DNA from: Patescibacteria group bacterium
GTDB lineage: Bacteria > Patescibacteriota > Minisyncoccia > Phycocordibacterales > Phycocordibacteraceae
Direction: 5' to 3'
Assembly: GCA_004322365.1 (NCBI GenBank)
Contig: SCTS01000006.1
Coordinates: 70,201-134,200, forward strand
Length of the DNA stretch: 64,000 bases
The first letter of the stretch is position 1; every line of letters starts with the position of its first letter. This document shows, in pieces, positions 45,389-55,506 of the stretch. Below the pieces are notes generated by a model. That model saw only the letters and a program-made list of their open reading frames with translations, was not told where the DNA came from and searched no databases. The position numbers and the translations under genes are program-made.

Positions 45389-47038
45389 TCACCATGCCTT
45401 TAATCCCTTCTTAAGAAGATGCATGGTGGCAGCGTGAATTTCTTTCAATTCCTGACTCTTTAGAACAAAGAGAACGAGGAGCCACAATATACTTCCAAAC
45501 AAGACAGCGCCGACGCCCTGCGTGAAGATACCGAAGAATGTGGTTGTGGGCAATAGCGGAGCGGAAACCTGCAATACTGCATATGCTCCTGTGGCAGCGA
45601 TTATAGATGCCGCGAAAGATGAACCGAGAGTATGAAGCACTCCTTTTTCAAAACCAAATCGACGCGCAAAAAGATATCCGAAGACACACGCTACACCGAG
45701 CATCGCTAGCGAATACACTATTGGAATCATCAAAACTGATGTCCCTGGAACATCACTAACTCGGAGGAGTGCTTCTATGAAAAATCGCGGTGTTTGGGCA
45801 GATGCAATCCAGATGACCGCAATGTATGCGCCTACACCCGCTACAATTGCGCCACCGACATTCACCACAATAGGAACAAGTGTTGAATGTGCCGCATAAT
45901 AGCTTCTGGAAAAAATAAGTATGACGGACTGCGCAATCAAGGAGATTGCGAAACACGCAAGCACTGCCGCGGTAAGCCGTGTGTCATCCCATGAAAATGC
46001 ACCTGTGCCGAGAATGATACGAACGATATGTGCACGCAAAACAACAATGAATGTTATGGCGGGAAATGTCCAAAATACAATGTGGCGAACACTTGCCCAC
46101 ACTTCACGCATAAATAATCCCCTGTCCCCTTTTGCAATAAGAACGGAGAGTGCGGGGAAAATTGCAGCCGCATATGAAACACCAACAATAGTAAGAGGAA
46201 CGGATTGTAAATTAAATCCAAACGCGAGTGCCGACACTGTGCCCGCAGCAGTTAAAGAAGCGATACTTGCAAATACAAGAAGTAAAATTTGTTGCGCAGA
46301 CAATGCGAGCGCGCGAGGCATTGAGGGCAAAGCAACTTCAACAATGGATGCACGGATTGAATTCCATGAAGGGCGTACAATGTGGCGCGCATGTCCAAGT
46401 ATTGGAATCACTTGCGCAGACACGTGTAACAGCGCCCCGAGAGCAACACCCCACGCAAGACCAGCAATACCAAATTCTGGATATAGGAATACTGCACCCA
46501 CGATGATACCTACATTGTAAAGAATTGGTGCGAGCGCAAATATGATGAATTGACGGAGTACCTGTACGACTGATGTCGCAATTGAAGAGAGACCTAACAA
46601 CACTGGTTGAACCAACATGATGCGCGACAAAAGAATAGTATCCGTAACAACTTCAGGAGAAAAGCCAGGAAAAAGAAACGGAATAATAAATGGCATTGCG
46701 AAGAATAACAGTCCAGAAATTACAACCGCACTCACGCCGAAAGCAAAGAGTACATTGCCAACAATGACCCCCTGAGCATCTTTGTCTTTACCTGAGAGGA
46801 GTGGTACTAACGCGAAAGAAGACACAAACAAGGTTAGAAAGGCAAACACAAGGTCAGGAATCCGAAATGCAGCAAAATACGCATCGAGTATTGGACCTGC
46901 CCCAAAAAGATGCGCAAACGTTCTATCGCGAACAAGTGCTAATACTTGCGAGAGAACGGAAAAGCCTGCCAACACATATGCTGCCTCATGAAGACCACGG
47001 ATAGGTCTCGTCATTGCTTCAATAACGGCACGCACCAT
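45389..47038 (-). CDS. murJ: Lipid II flippase MurJ
   Basis: 549 aa, 14-TM MOP-superfamily protein with a MurJ-like N-terminus (LSQVLALVRDRTFAHLFGAGPILDAYFAAFRIPD). Confidence 0.8.
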   Translation of the reverse strand: MVRAVIEAMTRPIRGLHEAAYVLAGFSVLSQVLALVRDRTFAHLFGAGPILDAYFAAFRIPDLVFAFLTLFVSSFALVPLLSGKDKDAQGVIVGNVLFAFGVSAVVISGLLFFAMPFIIPFLFPGFSPEVVTDTILLSRIMLVQPVLLGLSSIATSVVQVLRQFIIFALAPILYNVGIIVGAVFLYPEFGIAGLAWGVALGALLHVSAQVIPILGHARHIVRPSWNSIRASIVEVALPSMPRALALSAQQILLLVFASIASLTAAGTVSALAFGFNLQSVPLTIVGVSYAAAIFPALSVLIAKGDRGLFMREVWASVRHIVFWTFPAITFIVVLRAHIVRIILGTGAFSWDDTRLTAAVLACFAISLIAQSVILIFSRSYYAAHSTLVPIVVNVGGAIVAGVGAYIAVIWIASAQTPRFFIEALLRVSDVPGTSVLMIPIVYSLAMLGVACVFGYLFARRFGFEKGVLHTLGSSFAASIIAATGAYAVLQVSAPLLPTTTFFGIFTQGVGAVLFGSILWLLVLFVLKSQELKEIHAATMHLLKKGLKAW

Positions 47039-47170
47039 ATCAGATTTCTCTATTGTGAAGCTTCCGCTCTTAGTGTTAATTTTTGTGTGTTCATATTCTC
47101 TACGTACAGTACGCTACTTACGACATCAGACGCTCGGGCAATCCTAACGGTAGTATTTCCGAGACGCGTC

Positions 47171-49501
47171 CTATACACCAGCTGGAGGTTGTTCAGTAGG
47201 TGCAACGGTACCACTTTCGAATGGATTTTCGCCTTTTTCAAGAGCATCTATAACACCTTTTAAGGTTGCATTGTCAGCATTCTTTTCCTGAAGAGCTTTG
47301 AAGATTACAAGGGCTTCTTCCTTCTTACCCAAAAATACATCAGCTTGCCCTAGGAAAAATGACGCATTCGCAAAGTCGGGGGTAATGGCAAGTGCCGCCA
47401 TGAACGAAGCTGCCGCTTTCTCATAGCGCTTTGCCGAAAGCTCCAATAGACCGAGCTGATACTTCAGCGATGAATCTTGAGGAGTAAAGACAATGGCGGC
47501 ATTCACTGCAGCAATGGCATCATCAATCTTCCCCTCGTTCAAAGACAGCTGAGCCAATAGTAGGATCGCTGGCGTGTAATCTGCCTTCTTTGCAAGTGCA
47601 ACGAGAGCAGATGTGCGCGCACCCGCACTGTCATTTTTGAATGCTTTCAAGTTAGCAATGTGATAGTCAACTTCTGGACTACTAGGATTATACTTCCGTG
47701 CTTCTTCGAGAGTTTCAACTGCTTTTTCATAGGCCCCTTCAATCTTCAACGGAACAACGGTCTCATACACTGATGCCCGTGACATCCAGTTACTAAAACG
47801 CGTAGGGTTTGCATTTATGGCCGCAGTACTCGCAGTAACTGCGTCAGAAAGTCCAACTTGAAACGCATCTTGCGCAGCTTTATCTGACCCACCTTTCTGA
47901 ACGATTTCATTCAAGCGTGCAAGAGCTAGAGTGGTTAACATGCGGTAATAACGATCTTGAGGGGAAAGCGCTGCAGCTTGAGTAGCTGAAGCGGTCGCTC
48001 CCGCAAGGTCGCCTGCATTTGAACGCAACACTGTTTTTCCTTCTTGCAATGCACTTGCATACACTTCACCAGCACCGTACAAAGAAACTAACGAAACTAC
48101 GAGAGTTACCGCAACAACTAATACGGATAGAAAGCCGAAACGCGGACTCTCCGAGAAGACAATATTAATTGGGCGTGCAAATGCGGTGCCTTTCAGGGAC
48201 GCAATAAACAACCCGATGAAAAGGAACATAAGTAAGCTCAATCCCGCACTTGGCACATAGAAAATATGCGCAAGCATGAGGAACACTGAAGCAAGAGATG
48301 TCGCAGCAATTAAGAAGTACGATCTATCTTCACCTGCCGGCACTGTGAAAAGTGCACGAGCAGCAGTATACAAGAACCACAAAATGAAGATGAGCCATGC
48401 AAGACCAACTACAATCCCCCCGGTAATAAAGGAGGTCGGGATAGATCCAAAGCCTGCGGCGAAGTCAACATTCCAAAATGGCGTAGCAACAATCTCTGGC
48501 GCACGAGCAACAAGCCATGTTTGAGAGAATGTATTTGGTCCGGAACCTAGAAATGCATTCTTCTCATACACATGCTCTAAAATACCAAGAGTACCTTGCA
48601 TTGAAGGTCTCACTTCCAAAGATTGTACTTGGAAATAGTTCTGTAGATTATTTCCTAATTCGACACCAAAGAAGACAAAGAAAACTGCAATGACCAGCGT
48701 GAGACACGCCGCAATACCGCTTGCACGAAGAGTGTTCCCTAATGCCCTTCCACGATTACGCGTAAAGGTAAGAATAAGCATGACGAACGCCACCCCACCA
48801 AGGATGAGCCACGCGAGAGAAAAATTAGCAATTGCAAGAACAAACAACGCGAGGACGAGAGTTACGGACAGAACAATAAGCGCAAGAGCGGAAAGTGTCA
48901 GCGCTTCCATAGCAAGGAGTATGAGTGATGCAAGAAGTGCTATAAAGAGAGCAAAATCACTCCAACTACCAACAGTGTTTACTGCAGGTGATGTAAATAG
49001 AGCTGGCAAAATTGGACTCTTAAAAAACAATTGTATTGACTGGAATATCAATACAACCCATCCGGCAATCAAGAAGCCAAACAAGACAGAAAAGATTTGC
49101 TTTTCTGATTTTATTACGAGCGCAGTAACAATTGCTAGAATCGCTGCAAGTGCGGCGAAACTAAAGGTGTCCTGATCAAGTTGGTACCCGAAGAATGATA
49201 CGGATGGAACGGGAGAAAAAATTGATGCAATGAGATACGCCGCGGGCACGAGCAGTAGCGCAAACATAAATCGTGACCATGTAAACGACAGCGCACCTTT
49301 CCGGAGTGTCTGTACAGAAAAAAGTAGCCAGAGAACAACGAGAGCCACAAGGACAAGAAACACTTTTGAGAATTGAAATGGGAACGAAGCGTTCGGAATA
49401 AAGAAAACTGGAATTAGAAATGCAAGACCGACGACAATATACCCCGAGAGCTTGCCAAGAATAGACTGAGATTGAGTAACGCTATTTGTAGAATCCTGCA
49501 T
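47171..49501 (-). CDS. O-antigen ligase/polymerase-family membrane protein with a C-terminal TPR domain
   Basis: 776 aa. About 11 TM helices with a Wzy_C-like loop (EHVYEKNAFLGSGPNTF), then multiple TPR-like repeats. Confidence 0.6.
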   Translation of the reverse strand: MQDSTNSVTQSQSILGKLSGYIVVGLAFLIPVFFIPNASFPFQFSKVFLVLVALVVLWLLFSVQTLRKGALSFTWSRFMFALLLVPAAYLIASIFSPVPSVSFFGYQLDQDTFSFAALAAILAIVTALVIKSEKQIFSVLFGFLIAGWVVLIFQSIQLFFKSPILPALFTSPAVNTVGSWSDFALFIALLASLILLAMEALTLSALALIVLSVTLVLALFVLAIANFSLAWLILGGVAFVMLILTFTRNRGRALGNTLRASGIAACLTLVIAVFFVFFGVELGNNLQNYFQVQSLEVRPSMQGTLGILEHVYEKNAFLGSGPNTFSQTWLVARAPEIVATPFWNVDFAAGFGSIPTSFITGGIVVGLAWLIFILWFLYTAARALFTVPAGEDRSYFLIAATSLASVFLMLAHIFYVPSAGLSLLMFLFIGLFIASLKGTAFARPINIVFSESPRFGFLSVLVVAVTLVVSLVSLYGAGEVYASALQEGKTVLRSNAGDLAGATASATQAAALSPQDRYYRMLTTLALARLNEIVQKGGSDKAAQDAFQVGLSDAVTASTAAINANPTRFSNWMSRASVYETVVPLKIEGAYEKAVETLEEARKYNPSSPEVDYHIANLKAFKNDSAGARTSALVALAKKADYTPAILLLAQLSLNEGKIDDAIAAVNAAIVFTPQDSSLKYQLGLLELSAKRYEKAAASFMAALAITPDFANASFFLGQADVFLGKKEEALVIFKALQEKNADNATLKGVIDALEKGENPFESGTVAPTEQPPAGV

Positions 49502-49639
49502 ACATTCTTTAGATATAACACTAATAATAAATGTGTATCTAAAAAGTGTATCATAAAAAAATTAGAGCTTAGATATAGAGAAAACCCTATTTTCTAGAGC
49601 ACATTTGGATTCAATGAACTAGAGAAACACCCCCGGCTT

Positions 49640-50043
49640 TCACCGAGGGTGTCTCAATTTTTGACGCATCGCACCGATAAGCCGAATTCTGTATCCAGCC
49701 TCAGTTTTATTTTCATATAACTGGGGCTGGACGGCAACCATTTATCTGGTTCCGACGTTACCGTCGGAATCTAGCGGCACTCCTCGCTTTCGCGAGGCAC
49801 GGCCTTGCACTCTGGTACGCATTTAGCCGTTGCATACTCACCTTACGGTGAATCTCATCCATTGTGATTTTTTCAAACCACAATGGAGCCCTTGGCTTTC
49901 GCCTCCGGCGTTTCTGTTCGCAGCACTCGTTCCTTGCGTCAAGGAAACGTGCGGGCGTTACCCGCTACCATCTCGTTACTACAAAGCAGTAACGATAAGT
50001 GTTCGGACTTTCCTCTCTTGTGAAAGAGCGATTACCTGGTGCT
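49640..50043 (-). ncRNA. rnpB: RNase P RNA (bacterial type), ends approximate
   Basis: The minus strand contains the P4 5' strand AGAGGAAAGUCCGAACAC (plus 50005-50013 = GGACTTTCC), GGGUAACGCCC, and the P4 3' strand ACAGAAUUCGGCUUAUCGGUG (plus about 49670-49700). Length is about 400 nt. An extended -10 element sits immediately upstream. Confidence 0.7.
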
Positions 50044-50049
50044 ATTTAT

Positions 50050-50058
50050 ATTATACCA
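50050..50058 (-). promoter_or_regulatory. Extended -10 promoter (TGgTATAAT) for rnpB
   Basis: The reverse complement of plus 50050-50058 is TGGTATAAT. The predicted TSS is near 50043, about 40 nt before GGAAAGUCC. Confidence 0.5.
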
Positions 50059-50069
50059 CGCGTTTGATG

Positions 50070-50510
50070 TTAGCGCCACAGTGCGAGTATCAAAGACATC
50101 GCTCCGAATGTTGCAAGTTGATAGCCTGCGTTTATCGCCCAGTATAGCGCTGGCTTCCCTTCCCAAAAAACTGCATGGAGTGATGTCGCTGCGGTAAATC
50201 CAAGCCATGCCCAGAATGCAAACGCGAGGGCTTGAGGTACTGTTGCAACATCAAACAAAATCGCGAAATGTACCAAAACATACGCAGTAATAATCTGACA
50301 AAGAAATCCACCAATAAGACCAAAAGATGCGCGCTTCTTCCTCGCCTCCATTTTTTCAGGAGTCATGCCTGACGCTGCCATCCATTGCCTACCAAAGACA
50401 AGTGGCGAATACCAGATTAATCCTAATACCACTGCGGTAATAGCGGCAGCAAAAAGTGACAAATAATTAATGGTGACATCTTCCATATAAAAAATATTAT
50501 TGCTATTCAA
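50070..50510 (-). CDS. DUF1761-like membrane protein
   Basis: 146 aa, four predicted TM helices. Confidence 0.5.
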   Translation of the reverse strand: MNSNNIFYMEDVTINYLSLFAAAITAVVLGLIWYSPLVFGRQWMAASGMTPEKMEARKKRASFGLIGGFLCQIITAYVLVHFAILFDVATVPQALAFAFWAWLGFTAATSLHAVFWEGKPALYWAINAGYQLATFGAMSLILALWR

Positions 50511-50545
50511 TACTCAGTATAACCTACACTCGTGTCTCACTACAT

Positions 50546-50797
50546 CTATATCCGTCGCAAGGCTTTAACGATTGCAATAAGTACAACAGCCCCAATAACA
50601 GCAACTACGAAACTACAGAGATTGAAGCCGGTCACTGGTTGTTCACCAAAGAAAGTCATAAGCCAGCCGCCGATGACAGCGCCGATGATACCAACGGCTA
50701 TATTGAGTAATGCACCCTGTTCTGGGTCAGTTTTCATAATAAGAGAGGCAACCCAACCAACTAATGCACCGAAAATAATCCAAAGTATGATTCCCAT
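50546..50797 (-). CDS. GlsB/YeaQ/YmgE-family (transglycosylase-associated) membrane protein
   Basis: 83 aa. MGIILWIIFGALVGWVASLIM ... IGAVIGGWLM is the typical family pattern. Confidence 0.8.
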   Translation of the reverse strand: MGIILWIIFGALVGWVASLIMKTDPEQGALLNIAVGIIGAVIGGWLMTFFGEQPVTGFNLCSFVVAVIGAVVLIAIVKALRRI

Positions 50798-50832
50798 ATA
50801 CGGTTTTGTTTGTAAAAAATTTAAATAACAAA

Positions 50833-51192
50833 CTACTTACTTTCTTGCTCGTCTAATTTGACCGCAGCCTCAGGAGTAGAAACTGTCTTTCCGATGAGAA
50901 ATAGTTTGATAACACCCACAGCTATAACCCAATAGACCAGCATAGCGAGCAAGGTGGTCCACTCGAAGATACTTCCTTCAACATAGATGACGCGAAACAC
51001 ACTCAAAAATGGAGCCGCAAAGAAGTTGGTTACCCCATAGATGAAACTGGTGAAGCCAGCAGTGGGATTTGCTGCAAGCAACTTCAAAACAAATCGAAAC
51101 AAAAGTAAGACTTCTATAAAGCCGAGAATATACCAAACAACCTGTGTCCCTCGATATAACGGCTTAGTGGTTGGAGAATTAGATGAGTCCAT
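50833..51192 (-). CDS. Small two-TM membrane protein (YggT-like?)
   Basis: 119 aa with two hydrophobic helices. Family assignment is weak. Confidence 0.4.
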   Translation of the reverse strand: MDSSNSPTTKPLYRGTQVVWYILGFIEVLLLFRFVLKLLAANPTAGFTSFIYGVTNFFAAPFLSVFRVIYVEGSIFEWTTLLAMLVYWVIAVGVIKLFLIGKTVSTPEAAVKLDEQESK

Positions 51193-51287
51193 ATACTTTT
51201 ACTATAGATTTAAAAAAAATAATTACATACTCTAAGTCGTTGTGAAAGGAATATTGTTACAAAAGTAACCACTGCATACACTCAACA

Positions 51288-51860
51288 CTAACCCTTGAGT
51301 TCATCAATTTCTTCTTCCAATCTTTTTATATGAAATTCAAGCTTCTGGGTTCGTGCAAGAAAAGCACCTTCAGTCTGATTCGCATGTTTGGCAAGCGTAT
51401 CAGCAACAGCCATAATTTCTGTAACATCCTCCATTGCTAAAAGAGTGATCGGTGGGCATGGGGCCAAAGTAGTATCTTCTTTACAATAAATCTCACGCGC
51501 ATTTACCATCATGACCTTAGGACCAATGAAAGGAAAATTATGTGCTATTTCATACCCTTTAAAAAATTTATTTTCTGGCAAAATATCTTCAAGAAGTCTA
51601 TGTAGGGCAGGAATATTCCATTGACCATTGCCAAGTCCATAGACAATTTTTCCTTCAGCATCTTTTGCTTCAATTTGAAATGCCTGATAAAAAGGCTCAT
51701 TCGCCACAATCACACGAAAATCCTTACCTAGCACTAAAACCGGCTCTCGTACAATACCTATAATAGTTTTAATGTATCCCCAGCCTTCCTCCCCTACCTG
51801 TTCAACAAACATAGCCCCAGCCTGAAGGCTGCGAGTTAAGTCTTTTGTGTTTGTACTCAT
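51288..51860 (-). CDS. PAS-domain protein without an obvious output domain
   Basis: 190 aa with a PAS-like fold pattern and a C-terminal coiled coil. Confidence 0.45.
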   Translation of the reverse strand: MSTNTKDLTRSLQAGAMFVEQVGEEGWGYIKTIIGIVREPVLVLGKDFRVIVANEPFYQAFQIEAKDAEGKIVYGLGNGQWNIPALHRLLEDILPENKFFKGYEIAHNFPFIGPKVMMVNAREIYCKEDTTLAPCPPITLLAMEDVTEIMAVADTLAKHANQTEGAFLARTQKLEFHIKRLEEEIDELKG

Positions 51861-52097
51861 AACAACTAAGCCGTTTATATGAAGTAACTATTGCAAAAAA
51901 GGCGAAGTGAGACACGGGTTCTGATATGTGTATACTTTAGATATATCTCCCTCGGCTTTGCCATCTCTTGTAATGCTGGTGTAATAAAAGCTCCGTGCAG
52001 TTACATGAATACCAATGCAAAATATGACTACATTCCCTACAGCGGTCATCTCTTGTAATGCCTATGTAACAAGACACCCCCTCATTCGTCTCTACTT

Positions 52098-52613
52098 ATG
52101 ATGACCCCACGACAAAAAAAACAACGACAAGAAATATTGTCTGTGGCGCATCATGATCACGAAAAAGCACTCAACGCCCATGCTTTTTTTAAAGTGCACG
52201 ACCACGCCATTGGCGAGGATTTAGTGCAGGATACCTATATGAAAACATGGAAGTATCTAGTGAAAGGAGGAAAAATCGATACGATGAAAGCATTTCTCTA
52301 TCACATCCTCAATAATCTCATCATCGATGAATACCGAAAACATAAAACAACTTCGCTGGATGCCATTCTTGAAAAGGGTTACGAGCCAAGTGTTGGTAAC
52401 ACCGAACGAATGTTTAATGCGCTCGATGGTAAGGCAGCACTCTTGTTAATTGCAAAACTACCTCCCACCTATCGCAAAGTTATGCGTATGCGATATGTAC
52501 AAGATTTATCGCTTAAGGAAATATCTCTTATTACAGGACAATCAAAAAACACTGTCGCGGTGCAAGTACACAGAGGAGTAGAAAAAATGAAAGAACTGTA
52601 CGGAATTAAATAA
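52098..52613 (+). CDS. ECF-type RNA polymerase sigma factor
   Basis: 171 aa with a sigma-2 region (DLVQDTYMKTWKY) and sigma-4 HTH (LSLKEISLITGQSKNTVAVQVHRG). Confidence 0.8.
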   Translation: MMTPRQKKQRQEILSVAHHDHEKALNAHAFFKVHDHAIGEDLVQDTYMKTWKYLVKGGKIDTMKAFLYHILNNLIIDEYRKHKTTSLDAILEKGYEPSVGNTERMFNALDGKAALLLIAKLPPTYRKVMRMRYVQDLSLKEISLITGQSKNTVAVQVHRGVEKMKELYGIK

Positions 52614-52639
52614 ATTATACATATAAAGAAATAAAAAAT

Positions 52640-52771
52640 ATGCTCTGGACACTCATACTCGTCTTAATAATTCTTTGGGTTCTTGGATTTAATTTTAAAG
52701 TTGGAGGTGGCTTAATCCACACACTCCTCGTTATTGCATTGATTTTGGTTATTATTCGACTATTGACCTAA
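52640..52771 (+). CDS. lmo0937-family small membrane protein (43 aa)
   Basis: MLWTLILVLIILWVLGFNFKVGGGLIHTLLVIALILVIIRLLT matches the MLWTII...LGGGLIHLLLV family pattern. Confidence 0.55.
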   Translation: MLWTLILVLIILWVLGFNFKVGGGLIHTLLVIALILVIIRLLT

Positions 52772-52785
52772 GTAGCTACTCGTTC

Positions 52786-53232
52786 ATGAAAAATAAACTA
52801 CTCTATCCGATTGTTCTAGGTACTCTTTTGCTTCTGTCGATTGCTAATATCGTCTTATTCGTTCTTCTGCTACAGGTCAAAAACCAAGTCGCCGATGGGG
52901 CAGGTCAGGCAGCGAGCGCGGTAGAGCAAATGCAGGCGCAGTCTCTCACAGGTCCTTTTACCGTGCAGATTGCAATCGACAAGACCTTTGATATCCCCAT
53001 TAAAGTCAGTATTCCCGTTAAAACTACCGTGACCGTGCCTATCGTGATTCCGGTCACCGGCGAACAGGTCAGCATCACAGTCCCCATAGATACTGTAGTA
53101 CCAATAGATACGACAGTGCATGTGCCCGTCAAGACGTCTCTTCCGGTAAACATTAAAATGAGCGATCTACCTATTGGCGGTATTTTGCAAAATCTCCACG
53201 ATTGGCTAAGCAAACTAGCCTCTAGTCTCTGA
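52786..53232 (+). CDS. Membrane-anchored repetitive protein (VPI/TVP repeats), possible anti-sigma partner
   Basis: 148 aa with an N-terminal TM helix, then repeated (I/V)P(V/I)xT(T/V) units. Confidence 0.4.
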   Translation: MKNKLLYPIVLGTLLLLSIANIVLFVLLLQVKNQVADGAGQAASAVEQMQAQSLTGPFTVQIAIDKTFDIPIKVSIPVKTTVTVPIVIPVTGEQVSITVPIDTVVPIDTTVHVPVKTSLPVNIKMSDLPIGGILQNLHDWLSKLASSL

Positions 53233-53331
53233 GTACCTGTCTGAGGACATATTAGAAGTGTATCTATCAACTTATTTCCAATAGTAAATATTGCGGGTGG
53301 AGAAATTCAGTCACAGAGAATTTTTTACCAC

Positions 53332-54159
53332 TTAAACGCTCTTGGTTTCCGATTGCAACTTAAATTCGCCTCTATCTAGATGCGCAGAAAATTCACCCAT
53401 GAGGCCCCAAAATGAGCGAGCCTTACCTCGAAGAAATGAAGTCCCTTGCCCTTTCCTCATAAATTTCTCTAAGTCTTTAGATTTGTCTGCATACCTCGAC
53501 TGCAGAAGCATCGGTTTGTTAGCAGAAGATTCGACGACCAATCGAAGAATAATTTCTTCTTCATGTCCAGCAAGTTCGGTTGGTATTCCTTGATTGTCAA
53601 AAAGATTCCTCGCCTCTGTAAGTTGTGCCTCAAATGTGACCTGTGCTGGATCACGAAGTGTACCGGTGCGAAAACGCGTCATAGCAACGTCAGGATTGGT
53701 CTGCCCCTCCTGAAAACGCACTGCCATTAGGTTACACACCTGTGGGCGGATATCACCTTCACGAACAAGCTTCCCCTTTCTCGGGCTTCTATTTAAATAA
53801 TGCTCTGGGTCAACAAACAATAACGTTGCCCCTGTATCATTCCTATCAATAACAAAATAATGAGGGTGTCCTGTACCTTCTTTTGTGTCACCAACGTAGT
53901 CTCGAGTCACATATGTTCCAGGAGGAAGAAGTTGAACTTTTTTCCATAATCTTTTTTGGAAATCTTCGCTATCGCCCAGTGGATTGAAAAGATAGTCCAC
54001 AATAGGAAGCTCAGAAGTATTTGGCGGAATAGACACTTCTATTTTGAGTGGTGGTCGAGTAGTAGCGACTCCGTCAGCTACATCCCACATAACATTCTCA
54101 CGAAGTTTGCGAGCAGTCTCCCCTAACCCACGTCTGCTTATACTCTCAAGAAAACCCAT
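53332..54159 (-). CDS. Hypothetical protein (275 aa), not recognised
   Basis: Long ORF with no TM helix. It contains a HPHYFVIDRNDTGATLLFVDPEHY segment. Confidence 0.45.
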   Translation of the reverse strand: MGFLESISRRGLGETARKLRENVMWDVADGVATTRPPLKIEVSIPPNTSELPIVDYLFNPLGDSEDFQKRLWKKVQLLPPGTYVTRDYVGDTKEGTGHPHYFVIDRNDTGATLLFVDPEHYLNRSPRKGKLVREGDIRPQVCNLMAVRFQEGQTNPDVAMTRFRTGTLRDPAQVTFEAQLTEARNLFDNQGIPTELAGHEEEIILRLVVESSANKPMLLQSRYADKSKDLEKFMRKGQGTSFLRGKARSFWGLMGEFSAHLDRGEFKLQSETKSV

Positions 54160-54257
54160 TCAGGAATCATACCATAAAATAGTAAACCAATCTGTCAATT
54201 CCTGAAATAATTGCGGGGGTGGAGATTCGGTTCTCGTAATTGAGCTCGATGGCTCAC

Positions 54258-54668
54258 TTACACTAAAACAACACAATAAAAAATGACGACGGATGATACG
54301 AAAGATAGAAGGCACCACGCACACCACTGCTTCAGTATCACTTGGACAAATAGTAAATATACACTGAACGCCATCGCGAGAGAGGTGACAAAAGTGAGCC
54401 CTGTACCTATCGGGGCGGTGATAATTTCTGGAATCATTATTGCTGTTCCATATATGAGTGCAAGAAATCCGTAGTAGGAAAGACCAATAATCTCTATGGG
54501 AACACCAAGAACGGATGCATATTTACTATGTATTACGTCCTCGCAATTAAAATGTATCGGACACACAAGTATTTCTTTCCGTGTCTTCTTATGGCGAATG
54601 TACACTGCAACAGCAAGACCACAGAGAGATGCCAGAAAAATTATTCCATTGATGTATTCAAAATGCAT
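54258..54668 (-). CDS. Vitamin K epoxide reductase (VKOR) family protein
   Basis: 136 aa with four TM helices, a CPIHFNCE loop Cys pair and a CAWC active-site motif. Confidence 0.7.
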   Translation of the reverse strand: MHFEYINGIIFLASLCGLAVAVYIRHKKTRKEILVCPIHFNCEDVIHSKYASVLGVPIEIIGLSYYGFLALIYGTAIMIPEIITAPIGTGLTFVTSLAMAFSVYLLFVQVILKQWCAWCLLSFVSSVVIFYCVVLV

Positions 54669-54985
54669 GTGTCCTATTCTAACTTAGATTTCGCGCCAAC
54701 CATATTTTTGACGGAAATTTGAATTCCGAATTTTGGCGGAGGCGATGATTCATTTGATGCTTCATCACCCTGTTGAGGGTTACTGGCGAGTGCGGAGAGA
54801 TTCGGCTAAGCGCTCGACATTCTGTCCTGGGTTGTCAGACGACGCTCAAATCTCCACCTGCCCACCTATGGCTTGCCTACGGCATAAGCCATTTTCGCTT
54901 TGCGAAACCGGAAGAAACATGAAGCAGTTCATGTTTCTTCCACCTCGCATCACCCTCGCCTGCTGGCTCGGGTCCCGATGCTCAC

Positions 54986-55001
54986 TTCGAATCTCTCCGC
55001 C
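54986..55001. repeat. Inverted copy of the tRNA-Ser(GGA) 3' end (TTCGAATCTCTCCGCC)
   Basis: It pairs perfectly (16 nt) with 55057-55072 inside the tRNA. A terminator hairpin lies between the two arms. Confidence 0.75.
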
Positions 55002-55017
55002 TTGCGCAACGGCGAAC

Positions 55018-55044
55018 AAAAAAGACGCATACGCGTCTTTTTTG
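55018..55044. terminator. Bidirectional intrinsic terminator
   Basis: AAAAAAGACGCATACGCGTCTTTTTTGG. Confidence 0.75.
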
Positions 55045-55052
55045 GCCGATTG

Positions 55053-55137
55053 CGGAGGCGGAGAGATTCGAACTCTCGGTACCTTTCAGTACGCCACCTT
55101 TCCAAGGTGGTGGAATAAACCGCTATCCGACGCCTCC
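55053..55137 (-). tRNA. tRNA-Ser (GGA), long variable arm
   Basis: Minus-strand sequence GGAGGCGTCGGATAGCGGTTTATTCCACCACCTTGGAAAGGTGGCGTACTGAAAGGTACCGAGAGTTCGAATCTCTCCGCCTCCG. Confidence 0.8.
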
Positions 55138-55506
55138 CTTGTCCTTTTATATACCACACTGGGAACTTGAACGCAGAATCCTAAGTACTACAAGAGGAAG
55201 TGCTTTGCTAAAAGCACTTGAAAATATGAAGCCAGATACTATAGAAAAACGACTACTGAAATCAGTACCTGAAGCAACGGGATATTCCTACACACTGCTC
55301 TCAAATCGACAAAAGCGCCGAGATAGATTTTTTATTGAACTGCGTATCGTGCATGAGACAGAATTTGTTTCCCGTGCGCACACGAGGAGCTCTTTCCAAC
55401 ATAGAGAAAATGTCCCACAAATTGCTTTTGTGTAACCTTCCAACACTTCCAAAAGTTATATAGGTGAAAGGTCGAAATTTTATAAAAAAATAAATTTTTA
55501 AACTCT

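Noticed and set aside
54733-55170. 145-aa plus-strand ORF
   Set aside because: It overlaps tRNA-Ser(GGA), the terminator and the tRNA-fragment repeats. It has low-complexity composition.
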